Source: Podarcis filfolensis
Lineage: Eukaryota
NCBI GenBank assembly: GCA_964270895.1
Contig: OZ185440.1
DNA length: 64,000 nucleotides
Reading direction: 5' to 3' (one strand)
Under the pieces are notes generated by a model that worked only from the letters and a program-made list of their open reading frames with translations, had not been told where the DNA came from and did no database searches. Made by a program: the position numbers and the translations under genes. Positions 23,001 through 34,818 of the stretch are shown here, piece by piece. Position 1 is the first letter of the stretch, and the number at the start of each line of letters is the position of its first letter.

Positions 23001-25874
23001 CGAAGCACAAAGCAGAGGTAAGTCATGTGCTGAAGGCAGCCTAAAAAAAAAACCTGGTCCAACCTAGAGCACTGCTGCAGCTACTTAAGAGGGACCGGTC
23101 CTGAAAGGTGCAATGGAGCAGTGCAACATTAAATATATATATTAGCTCCTAAGGAATTCAGTGAGAGGGAGGAATCATAACTAGCTGTCTATGGAAGAAA
23201 TCTGTTCTTCAGCCATGACCTGCCCTCCTGAGTCTGAGCTGTTGCCATCCATCTGTCTCAAGAGACAACAGCATGCACCTCTGGGCATGAGGTCAAACTG
23301 CTGTGTCAGTAGCCCCCAGGTCACTTCCCCCAGTAACAAGCCTGGGCAGTGTGTCTGGAGGTCCTGGGCTGCCCAGACAACAAGACTCTCGTCTTCATTG
23401 ATGTGGTCCAAAGGAAAGCAGAGCAATACGTTTAGCACCAACTTGGCTGCAGAAGTTGCTGGAAGGAGGCGTACAAGACGCCGTCCAACCATCTTAGGGA
23501 TTCCACTCCAGATTTGTGCAGGGCTCACTCTTTAGCCTTTTCTTCTCCTAAAGATATCCCACAAGTCAGTGGGAGTTTAGGATCATAGTTTTCCTTCTCT
23601 TAGATGGACAATCTTCCCAGGTTGATGAGCCCCATCTGCCCCTCACTTCCCTTTTCAGCACGTGCAGAAACCACCGCTCAACCCATGTAGTCTGAGTAAA
23701 TTCCAGTGATCCAGTGGGGTGGCTTCTGTGTGCTCAAGCTAGAAGCCAGCTTGTTCTCTGCAAGAACAGAGACCCATGTTTTCCCATACAGCTAACAAGA
23801 AATAGGAGAACTGAAGACCTTGCTTCAGCTGTTTTCTAAATATTGTAACCACACCATGGAAACCATACAAGGTGAAATTAAGAGACAGATACATCCTTCT
23901 GCCTCCCCCCCCCCCATAAGTGGTGATGAGGGTGTTCGCTTTAGTTTAGGATCTCTGGGCTTCTTGTCTTGTCTGCTCCTCTGCCTAAACTCTTCACCCC
24001 AACATTCCTATTGGCACCACCATGATTTTTACATTTATTTTCCTCTCCAGATATGCCTTAGAAGAGGTGCTCGGATGGAAGGAGTCTTTTGACCACCTTC
24101 TGAGAAGCAAAAGTGAGTACGTCTTTTCACAGTCCCCAACACATCAAAGGGAGCAGAGATTTTTCCAAAACTTGTTTTAGGAAAACACATTCCTTCCCCC
24201 CATAGCTACCAAATGCACGCCTTGATTGTTCCATAATTCCATCAAGTGTGATATGTCCTACAGTGTACTGTGCCTCAGACAGGTTCACTTCTGGGTCAGA
24301 TTAATGTATGATTAAACATGCCCATGAATGCAACGCTTGGTTTCCCCTGTCTTTTTAAAAAACGAATACCAGCCACAGGCAGCTCCATTTCATATAAGGA
24401 CTACAGTATGCGGGGAGGCGTTTAACTCCCCCCCCCCCCGTGCCATTTCCCCACTGCATATCTCCCCACACATTCCCAGTCCAAGCTGCTAGATCCTGCA
24501 GCTAGAGACAGATAAATAACACAGAGCAGAGAGTGTTCTTTTAAACAGCAATTCAATCCTCAGACAAGGCCATGTGGTGGTTTAAATAATATATATACTA
24601 TAGAAAAGTTAGCTGCCTATCAGTTTGCTCCAAACCTGCTGATTTGGATATATTTATAAAATATTTCCTGCCTATGCCCCAGTTCTCCCAAAATAATTTT
24701 TCTACCAATGTTCTGACCCTTGTTCTGCACAAGGGTTTTATTCCTATGTCTTTTCTAAAAAATAAATAAACCCCATAGCATTGTGTTAATGTCTGTAAGA
24801 AAAAGTGCGTCCTTCTGTTCTCGTCACCCTCCTTCCAAACTAAACGTTCCCTGTCCTCCTTCACAGCTGGCCTGGCAGCATTTCATGGCTTCCTCAAAAC
24901 AGAGTTCAGTGAAGAGAACCTGGAGTTCTGGCTGGCCTGTGAGGAGTATAAGAAAACCCACTCAAAAGCCAAACTAGCAGCCAAAGCCAACAGGATCTTT
25001 GAAGATTTTGTTCAAAATGAGGCCCCCAAAGAGGTGAGTAAAATTTCTTAATATGGTGCAATCCTTAAAAAAAAATACTACTGCATTTGCACCCTATATT
25101 TCCTCTAAGATTCTCAAGACAGTATACATGTTTCCTTCCCCACGATCACTCTATTTTATCCTCACAACGAGCTTGTGAAGTGGGTTAGACTGAGGGATAG
25201 CGCAGGACACTTTGCTGCTTGAAGCAAAATGCCTGGCTGCCACCCCCGGGCCATTGCCCCCCTTGCCACCACTGCAGTCTTGCCTTGGGATGGGGGGGGG
25301 GGGGCGGCGGCGGCATGAGGCTCTGCAATGACTTTTCCTAGAGGAAATTTTTATTTTTATTTGTTAAATTTGTATACCGTCCTATGTCTGTAGATAAAGC
25401 TTCACCGTCAGGAGGGAGGGGTGAGGCTCTGCAAGGAGCGAATCTGCCACCTCTCTGGAGTCTGCTGGGCTGAGGCAACTGCCTCACTTTGCTTCATGGG
25501 CCGGCCAGCCTGCAGCTGACCCCAAGTCACCCTGTGAGGGTTGTGGGTCTCCTCCTTCCATACTCTTCACTGCTTCACACTGGCTCTGCTAGAATGCATA
25601 CAATACCTGTTGCTTTTCCTCACTGTTAAGAAACATATTGGCATAGAATTAATTGCTGCTGTGTTCCTCACAGGTGAACCTTGACCATGAAACCAGAGAG
25701 GCGACCAGGAGGAACCTCACCATTGCCAATTCTGCTTGCTTTGAAGAAGCCCAAGCAAAAACCCACACCTTGATGGAGAAGGACTCCTATCCCAGATTTC
25801 TGAAATCTGCCTATTACAGGGACCTGACAGAGCAAGCGACCAGCCACAGGACAGGCAAGCCCACACACACCTGA
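19985..25874 (+). CDS. RGS16: Regulator of G-protein signaling 16 (complete, 5 coding exons, 188 aa)
   Basis: Exons 19985-20028, 22925-23017, 24051-24112, 24867-25033, 25674-25874 (567 nt, all GT-AG, phases compatible). [16 protein letters not shown]-terminus with Cys2/Cys12, RGS box [14 protein letters not shown]...[12 protein letters not shown], and synteny with RNASEL/RGSL1. Confidence 0.93.
22925..23017 (+). CDS. RGS16: RGS16 coding exon 2
   Basis: tgcag|A; [30 protein letters not shown]; AG|gtaagt. Confidence 0.92.
24051..24112 (+). CDS. RGS16: RGS16 coding exon 3
   Basis: ctccag|A; [20 protein letters not shown]; A|gtgagt. Confidence 0.92.
24867..25033 (+). CDS. RGS16: RGS16 coding exon 4
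   Basis: tcacag|CT; [27 protein letters not shown]...NEAPKE; GAG|gtgagt; 167 nt. Confidence 0.95.
25674..25874 (+). CDS. RGS16: RGS16 coding exon 5 (to stop)
   Basis: cacag|GTG; VNLDHETRE...[18 protein letters not shown]...PTHT*. Confidence 0.95.
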   Translation: MNLDHETREATRRNLTIANSACFEEAQAKTHTLMEKDSYPRFLKSAYYRDLTEQATSHRTGKPTHT

Positions 25875-26641
25875 ACCTGCTCATTGTCACTGCTAGGACT
25901 TGTGTTGGGGGAACAGAGACAAAGAATGAACCAGGAGAGGCAGGAGCCTCAGAGGGAGGTGATAAGAGCTTTCCAGTGGTGGAGTTTAGGCTGGGCCTTT
26001 ACATTGGCCAGGATGCCTGGGACCTCATATGCTTCCATACACCCAGGAGCTCTACCAAGAAAAGGCCCTCCCTGGCATCTAGGAAGGGCAGAAAACAGGC
26101 ACTCATGTGAAAAGCACCGGAGAAAATTGTGTAAGAAAGAACCTGCACTCCAAGTAGGACGAAGAAAGCAGAAGGGAAGGCGAGAATTGAGGGGCAGAGA
26201 ACTAGAAAGGTTGAATTCCTGTCTAAAACTGTGTATCATCCTCGTGTTCAATGTTATGCACCTGTGCACCCATCCGCATGCATCAGACTCGATCTGCTTT
26301 CAGAATCCAGTATCTGCACTTGCAAAACACAGACGACAAACTGTATCTAGCACATAGGGGTTTGAAATCTCCAGCTACCGCATGACAGTTCCAGAAGCAC
26401 ACAGCTCTCTGCATGTTTGTACACCAACCAGCTGAACAGTCAAGACTTAGCATCCTTAACAGTGCAGGTGTTGCTTTGCCTTTGTACCCAGAGGAATGCT
26501 GCATCTGCTTTGATCCAACTGCATATCTGCCTTCTGCTATGATGGGCAAACTTCCTTCCAGTGACATTTGCAGAAGCCAACAAACTCTGTGAACATTATA
26601 AGCAACCTTGGGTGACATGCCCCATTTTTTAATGGTTTCCC

Positions 26642-26699
26642 ATTTATTGTTAATTATTACAGTGATTATTAATAATTATTTATTTAGATAGGGCATTTA
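26642..26699 (+). promoter_or_regulatory. AU-rich element cluster in the likely RGS16 3' UTR
   Basis: Four ATTTA pentamers and one TTATTTATT nonamer within 60 nt, ~770 nt after the stop. That the UTR extends this far is inferred. Confidence 0.45.
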
Positions 26700-27124
26700 A
26701 TGAGCACAGCACTTTCGACACAGGTACAAGTCACTGCAGCAAGGGGCCTGCAAATGATATCTCCGCTGATTTCACGATACCTATAAGACTACATTGACAG
26801 GTGGCATCAGCAGAGAGGTAAAGAAAAAGAGAGTGGGAAACAAGACTAGATTGGCTTTGCAAATATAAGTCTGCAAAAGTTATTAATTCCTCACCCCTCC
26901 ATGAAAAAAACAACTACTACCCTGGTGGTCCAAACAAAACGTGTTACAGAGCATTCTACGCCTGTTTACTTGAAAGAAAGTCCCGCTTTTTTAAATGGGA
27001 CTTGCTCCCAAATAAGTGTGCATGTGTATAGGTTTGCTGTCTCAATCATGTGCAGCACAGCTGACAGATTGAAAGGGCAGGGGAAGAGAAACTTTCCAGT
27101 GAACACACCCTTCCCTGCCTGAAG

Positions 27125-27760
27125 ATTATTTTCTTTTATAAATTGTATTTTTGCATTTTCAATTTTACAAGAATAAACAAAAGAAAGATACACACTCAAA
27201 CAGAAACATACTGTAAAATCCCCATTGATTTCCCTCCCGCCCTTTGTGAATCCTCATAAGATTTTCCCTATGCATCTCTTCCATAACTCTATTCTTATAA
27301 GTCCTTTATCAATCCATAGCTCAAATTTTTACTACAAGTTTTCTGTCAGTCCTACCAATGAATTTGTTTACAATAGTTTTTCAAATAGATTATATACTTT
27401 CCCCATTCCTTATTAAAATTAGCCTCTTCCTGGTTTCTAATTCTTCCTGTAAGTTTTGCCATCTCGGCATAGTTCATCCATTTTATCTGCCATTCTTCAT
27501 TGGTCAGAGTTGTACCATCTTTCCATCTCTGGGCTACCAGAATCCTTGCAGCCGTGGTCGCGAACATAAATAATTTCATCTGGTCCTTCAGAATCTCGGC
27601 ACCTAAAATTCCTAAAAGAAAAGCTTCTGGTCTCTTAAGAAAAGTTATTGTCCATAATCTCTCCCATGCTGCTAACTCAATATTGTACCCCAAATCCTTC
27701 ACCCAGTGAATCATCATGGATTTGACCTGTTCATCTTTTGTTTGCCAATATTATTCTTAC
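27125..27760 (-). mobile_element. L1 LINE 3' fragment (ORF2 C-terminus plus 3' UTR) with internal deletion
   Basis: Peptide MIHWVKDLGYNIELAAWERLWT...PEAFLLG...TAARILVAQRWK...WMNYAEMAKLTGRIRNQ, typical of non-mammalian L1 ORF2 ends, followed by a T-rich 3' UTR. Confidence 0.8.
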
Positions 27761-29031
27761 TTACACAGGTGACCAGGTGACTAGGTATTTGCAGTCCTTG
27801 ACCAAAATGCAATCAGAGAAAGTTAAAAGGCCCAGCAGGGATGAAAAGCTGTCTGATTCACAAGCGACTTACTGCAGACCAGTCTCATTTAAATTCTGAA
27901 AATAGAATAAATGGAGATTATTTGGGGAATATTAAAACACTGTTCAATTGTAGCTTCATCTCCAGTGCAAGACCTGTTGAAACTGATAGCAATTGTGCAT
28001 GTGCTTGTGGAACTTCCAATATTTTTGTAGGGCTATATGCACAGGAGACGTTTCCAGTGAATTGTGCCCGTATACTGACAGGTTTGGAGGAAGGACATTT
28101 TGAAAAAGGAGACAAGGAAAAACCTGGTAAATGAAGAATGATGTGAATGGGCAAACAAAGGCAAAGTCTGCTGCTAAAGCAGTACACACAGAGCAGAGAT
28201 AAATGGTTAAATCATGTTAGCAAGTTAGTAGGCCCATCGTAACTTAGTGCAAGTGACTTAATTTCTGAGAGAGAAGGGCAGCATATAATAGAATGGAAGG
28301 CAGGTGCAGGAGTGGCCCAGTCATTCAGCAGGGCAGACACTATGAGACTTTACTGGTCCAACTTGTGTAATGGATAGACAGGATCCTGGATTACAACTGA
28401 GAAGGGGCACAGGCTCGCAGTCATTGAATCCCTGCTCATTTTTACTTTCATACATCTTGTAATGTACACCAGCTAGGATTGTACGCGCAAGATAATCCTG
28501 GCAGCAACAGAATGTGCCACACCTGGCTGAACAATTGTACGCCAGGTAGTTTGTTAAAATCAGCCCTGACGCCCTGCCTTGCTCATTTGACAAACTGCAA
28601 AATACCAAGCAGAGTATTTGTTCACAACAGAAACCTATCTAGACTTACGTGAATTCAGTACTGGAAGTAGCTGAGAAAATAAACAGTCAAACTGCAACTA
28701 CTGAGCAATTTACAGTGCTGTTTCTGCTGCTGCTGCTAGTAAAGCTTTCAAATACCAGTAAGATCAGTTTATGCTTTTCTTTCATTTATCCACAAGCAAC
28801 ATTTCCCAGAGCAGATGCACCCTGAGCCAATAGCAAAAGCCTCTTGCATGCTGTAACTCATTTGGCAGAGACCATATCCTGAGGTTCTTATTCTGGTTTT
28901 GATTAACCTTATTCAGACAAACTCCTGTTGACTTCTGTGAAGTGTTGTCTGAAAAAGGAGGCATGATGCAGTTTTCCTTCTGAAGTCTATGGTTAAAACC
29001 TCCCTCCATGGACTTCACTGGTGAAAGAACA

Positions 29032-29034
<3 letters not shown>

Positions 29035-29108
<74 letters not shown>
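29035..29108. repeat. Compound (TG)n(TA)n microsatellite
   Basis: Direct reading. Confidence 0.95.
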
Positions 29109-29110
<2 letters not shown>

Positions 29111-32100
29111 TTATATAAGCCAAACCATGTTTACACAAACTTTTCTTTAAAAAAAAAAACACCCAATGCTACTTTTGTGGGTCTACTTGGGGTGAACTCT
29201 TTACTGCTGCAGTGTTTGCATGCCATTGTGATTTAACCATCGATCTGCCTGCATGCCAAAATAAATATTCTTCAGCAGCAAAGGAGGGTGGAGGATATGA
29301 ATTTGAAAAATGTGCTCTACCCAGTTCTTTGCATTATTCTGTTTCGCACAGCTGCCATGCTGCCCCTTTATTGTTGGTTTTCTTGAGAAGTTCTACAAAA
29401 TAAAAAGCATTTCTTAATGCTGAACCACAGATGAGAAATTGTGAGATGCCTGTCTAGTGGAAGGTGATTCCATCAGCAAACCAGCAATGAAGTGACCACG
29501 CCTTTGCAGCCCAGTTTAAAACCTCAGGATGAAATGTACTGTCCTATTGATGAAGTTAGCCTGGCCAGAAGTCTAAGAGAAGATGAACTGGAATTCTCCC
29601 CAAGGCCAGAGCTGCTTTAATATTTATTATTTATTTACAACTGGAACTTATTCCGGTTCTTTCAGTGTGAATGACTGAGATACTACGTTGTGGATTCAAG
29701 AATGTTATAATGTTGTTGTTATATTATTTGAAAATAAATCAGTTACAAAACCAGTGCAATGGAAATCTGTTTCATATTGGCCAGGGAGGAGGAAGGGGTG
29801 GGAGGAAAGGACAACATCTGCATGATATAATTTGGTAGAAACATTTATTCAAACATAAATAAAACTAATATTCACTGTATTTCAGAGTAAGGAAAGCTGG
29901 TTGTTTATTGATGGAACACACTGAGCATAAATCGAAAGTGACTGGTGACGGGATTGGAAGTCTAAGGGTGAAATCCTTTAGCTCCTGTCCATTATAATAT
30001 TGCCCAGATTACTGAAAAGCCTCCTTGTCACTGCTTTTAGATTGCACTGAAACCCTACCATGTTTTTTTAGAAAGGAAGGTGCATCCTTTGTACAACTAC
30101 TAGTGGAGACGCTATGAATGGAAAAAACCAACCAGACCCTAAACATTGTGCATAATACAACTAAGCACAAATCTTAAGAAAACATAACAGACTTTGATAT
30201 TGTTGTGGGTTTGCAGGGGACAAAGACCCCCTAAAATTCCTGGGTGCCAGGTTCTCCCCATAATTTCTGAAGTTTGTAAAGGTGGGGTTTGAAGTCAGAA
30301 GCTTTGCGTAGAGAGGCGGATCAGGTGATGGCAGAGTCTTTACCCTGACAAAAGGTGAGACTTGAAAGGGGGAGGCTATCAGGATTACAGGGGGCATGAT
30401 GTCACCACAGGAAAAAGTGCTTTTTGCAAGATGCTTTGAAAGGGAAGGTGCTGGAATCAGAGTAGTAGTAGTAGTAGTTATTATTAATTGAATTTATATA
30501 CCGCCCTATACCCGAAGGTCTCAGGGCGGTTCACAGAATAGTTCAACATAAAAAGCACAATATATATAATCAAAATAAAAACAACAACCCACCCCCCAAA
30601 GAGACACATTGTAATGTGGTAGGGACATTTGTTAAACATAAATAAAACTAATATTTACTGTATTGCAGAGTAAGGAAAGCTGGTTGTTTATTGATGGGAC
30701 ACATTGGGGGATTACAGGGGATGTGATGTCACCACACGAAAGTGTTTTTTGAAAGTGAGGTTTCCAGGGTGGCGAGGGGGATACGAGAAGCGGCAGGGGA
30801 CGGGTTGTTTTTTGCAAAGGTTTTCTGGGAAGGAGGAGCAAGAAGGAGGCAGAACTCCAGGCAGCAGTGGCTGAAAGAGGCTGCACTGAGAGACCTTGAA
30901 CCATGGCTGGCTGCTGCCTTGGACCCTAGCCATGAGAGGAGAAACGAGGTGTAATGTTCCTGAGGTGTAATGTTCGGCACCCTCTCAACTGAAAGTTATA
31001 AAATTGACTATTAAGAGGAGCAACGCCCATTGTTAAGCAAAGTATCATAGAATTGAAGAGTTGGAAGGGGTTCCAAGGGTCATCTAGTCCAACCCCCTGC
31101 AATGTGGGAGGGGTAGCTAAAGGAATGGTGACCTGTCCTCCATTGTGACACGTCCCCCTGCTGACTGACTTGGCAGTGAACGTTGGGAAGAGCAACCATT
31201 CCAGGCTAGGTAGTTAGTTAGAGAGAAAGCAGCTCGTTGGTGACAAATCGGAGATGTTTCCTGAGGGATTGAAGAGTCTCTCTTCTGCGCAAGTGTATGT
31301 AGGGTTTCCAGTTCTTTTTGCATTCTGCTTGTTTCTATCCCTCAAGATTTAGAAAAATAGGGGATCATGTCTTGGTTGGATTGTTTTCTGACTTTCCCCC
31401 TGTTCTTCCCTAGGTTTCACAGGCTGCTGTCCTGCTGCTGCAGAGCACCAAAATCCCACCCCCTGGTCTGCAAGGAGGAGGAGGAAGAGACGTCACGGTG
31501 ATGAAAAACGAAAAGGCAGCACTCGTGAAAGTCAGTTATCAATGTGCATGGCACATAGTTGGTGGCAAATAAGATATGTTTCCTGAGGGGTTGAAAAGAC
31601 TGCAAGTAGGATTTCTAATTCTTCCTGCATTCTGCTTCTATCACTATCCATCAAGATTTAGAAACATAGGGAACCATGTCATGGTTATTTTTAAAAGATT
31701 GTCCTCAAGGCCACCACAGATGCTTTGAGGGAAATGGCTTTCCATCTCCCTTGTGGGCATCATCACAAGAAGAGCACCTTATCTGATGGTCTTTTTGACA
31801 AGATGCCCTCCTCCCTGGGTCCAGCTCCTTGCTGCACTCTTCATTAGAGGTTCGTGACAGCAAGTTCAGTTGCCAGATACCCCACATTCAGTGCAGAGAT
31901 AGAGAGGATCAAGGAAGTAACTATACCCCATTTCTGACCCTGTTCTTCCTTGGGTTTCAAAGGCTGCACCGGCTGCTGGCCTTCTGTTGCCCCCCTCCTA
32001 TCCATCCCCTGGTCTACATGAAGGAGGGGGAGGCCGAGGAGGTTAGGGTAAGGAAAGATGGAAAGGCAACACCATTAAAAGTAAGGTTCATCTATGTGCA

Positions 32101-32703
32101 CTCCAGCAACCAGGTGGTGGATGCCACCAATCCTGATTTATCAGGTGAGAGATAAGCTGTGCTCATGAGGAACTGTGAGGCCAGAGCGAATCTGGCTTCA
32201 AGAGGAATGAGGCTGGCCTGATTCATGAAGACTTCAGGGACATCCCTTTTGAAGAAGAAAGAGAACCGCTTCTCTTTCCTTTTCCATTACAATGCATATT
32301 TATTTGCATAAAAATTATACCCCAAAAATCCTCAAAGCAGGGGAAAAAACCAGCTGGTCATCCTTGGAGAACCACAACAAATTTTAAACTTCCTTTACTC
32401 ATTGTTGTGCTTGCTCACTTCCTCCCCAGGCCCAGTGAAGTATTTTGAGGCTGCTTCAGTTGCTGCGCAGCAGAAGGCGATGCAGTATTAGGAGTCATGG
32501 GGTGGGGAGAGTGTGTGTATGAATTCAACAGCGCTAGCTTTATTTTTTGGTTGCCGCTTTGTTAATGTTAATACTGTTTTATAGATTATGAATGCTGTAG
32601 TACTTTATGAATCCTATAATATGACTGTTGTATAATATGACTTTCTCGTAATAAGCTGTTTAGCTTATTTTTTTAGCTGTGTTGTTAATAGTGATTTATA
32701 GAT

Positions 32704-32900
32704 TAAAAGGTAAAGGGACCCCTGACCATGAGGTCCAGTCGTGGCTGACTCTGGGGTTGCGGTGCTCATCTCGCTTTATTGGCCGAGGGAGCCAGCATGA
32801 CTAAGCCGCTTCTGACGGACCAGAGCAGCGCATGGAAATGCCGTTGACCTTATCTACTTGCACTTTTTGGTGTGCTTTCGAACTGCTAGGTTGGCAGGAG
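32704..32900 (-). mobile_element. Sauria SINE 3' fragment with internal deletions
   Basis: Reverse complement of the ACCTTT tail (AAAGGTAAAGG) and of CCTGCCAACCTAGCAGTTCGAAAGCAC shared with 38595. Confidence 0.85.
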
Positions 32901-33149
32901 GTTTTATAGATTACAATTGTTTTACTGGAGATTTATATTCTTTATCAATGTTTCTGTGACGTCCTATTATGCTGTAATTTATTGTTTGTACGCCGCTTTG
33001 TGATTCATGTGAGTGAAAAGTGGCCCAGAAATGTAATAAGCCAAGCCCGAGGTCTGCTGTGCATCTGGCTGGGCCAGGGGCCCGATCCTGCAGGCTCTTC
33101 ACCAGCCTCTTCTACACAAGCGCCAAGGAAAACCCCATTTTCAGCCCCG

Positions 33150-33660
33150 AGTGGGACCCCTGCAAGGATATGACCAGAAGCCTTTCCAAGACCTTCCCTG
33201 CGGGCGTCTCCTTCGCCGATTCCCGTCTCCCTGGCCTTCCGAAGAGCTTCCGGAGGGCGCTGCGCACCATTTCTACTTCCCACCTCATTCCATCCTCGCA
33301 ACAACCCGGCGAGGGAGACTGGACGAAGGACGTCATGGCCGGACCGAGGTCACGTGTCTAAAAAAGTGGAGCCCTGGGACTTCCGGTCAGCGCCAGCAAC
33401 TGTAATGGCGGATTTCCTCCGATCTCCGGAGGAAATCTGCTTCGTGGAGCTAGGGTTCTACCGCTACGGTAAGGGTAAGGGTCGGGGGGCGGCTCGGCTG
33501 AGGGTCGCGGGCGGCGCCGAGGGCTTTCCGGCCCCGCAGGCGAGGGAGGAAAAGGCGCCCGGCGCAGGAAGGCCTCCTGGGCGTGGCCTGGATTTTGGGG
33601 GGGGGAGGCCCACCTGCCCCCATTTCTGGGGGGAATTGCTCCGCGCGCCCCGGAAATGTG
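33150..33660 (+). promoter_or_regulatory. RNASEL: CpG-island promoter of RNASEL
   Basis: Only large CpG-rich island upstream of the CDS. It contains an E-box GTCACGTG (~33349), an ETS site ACTTCCGG (33379) and a YY1-type ATGGCGG (33405). Confidence 0.75.
33376..33468 (+). other. RNASEL: Putative RNASEL first (5' UTR) exon; start approximate
   Basis: Ends at donor ACG|gtaagg (tandem second donor at 33475). A matching acceptor ttgcag| at 34746 precedes the ATG by 72 nt. No transcript evidence available. Confidence 0.6.
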
Positions 33661-34818
33661 TCTTCTTGAAGCGAACAGACAGAAAGATGCCATGGCAAAT
33701 ATTCAGTCTTTTGTGTCTCTCTTTTTCTACCTACGTCCTATAGTAAAGAAAGATGTTGTAAATAGGACACCTGGAAGCTTGAAATTATAAAATGACTCAT
33801 TAAAACCAACCACAGTAACATCCGCATTGCACACAGAAAATTAAGATAACAAAGGATTACGTTAAAATAAAAATGACGAATAATCCTAATGAGAAGGATG
33901 AACCTGGTGCTCTGCTATCGATTTATTAATGTTTGGCTCTATTTTTGGCAGCCGCAGCATCCTTAAATCACCTGATTAACTATTTGCAGTTTGTTGCCTT
34001 TTTTTGTTAAGAGATTTGTGACCTCGCTGAGCCCATGTTCCACTAAATACGATGAAGGAAACATGGGTATAGCCAAGGGGGTGGGGGGGCAGCTGTTCGC
34101 CCACATCAAGTAAAACAATAAAAATACTTGACTAACTAACTAATCATGTCAGTTTTGCTGCTCTAACAAAAATCCTGGCTATGCCCATGGAAGAAAATGC
34201 AATTAAAATTGTACTACTGTATAGTCCAGGGGAGGAGGTGTCACTGTCCCACAACAGCACCTGGATAACAGAAAAATCTGTCAAAATCTTCAGTAGGAAG
34301 TTAAATAAAATATTAAAATCATACCAGCATCTTCACCTTATCTTGGTGGTGACAGGTGGGCACAGCAGCAGCAAAAAGAAAAAACACAAGCTGGTATAGC
34401 TAAGAAATGCTGTTACTGGTTCCTGCCCTTTTAATCTTTCCACAATACCTCTCTGCCCCAGTGTAACATTGCTGTGGAGTAACCCTACACTGAGGCACAG
34501 AAGATATTGTGGGGGGAATCAACACGATGGGCACCAGCCACAAGCACTCAGGATCCATGTGACAAAGGCAGTGTGACTAAGTTTTCGCTATGTAGCACCT
34601 CTGTTATTTGAGCCTTCACTATCCAAAACCACTGAATCAAGAGACGCTATGCCTTGCATCCAGCCCTGTGGCACCATAACTCTTTGTGTGAATAGCTCTT
34701 CCATTATTAAGTTGATAATGTCATAGCTGCTGCTTTTGTCTTGCAGTAGAAATATATTCGCAGAAAGCTAATGTAATCACGACTACTGGGAGAGGCGTCA
34801 GAACCCTACAGAAAAGAA

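Noticed and set aside
31502-31514. GAAAAACGAAAA as an interferon-stimulated response element for RNASEL
   Set aside because: Wrong spacing for GAAANNGAAA and expected by chance in A-rich sequence.
33354-33743. 129-aa ORF over the CpG island as an RNASEL N-terminal extension
   Set aside because: No tested donor/acceptor combination puts it in frame with ATG 34819; treated as a uORF instead.
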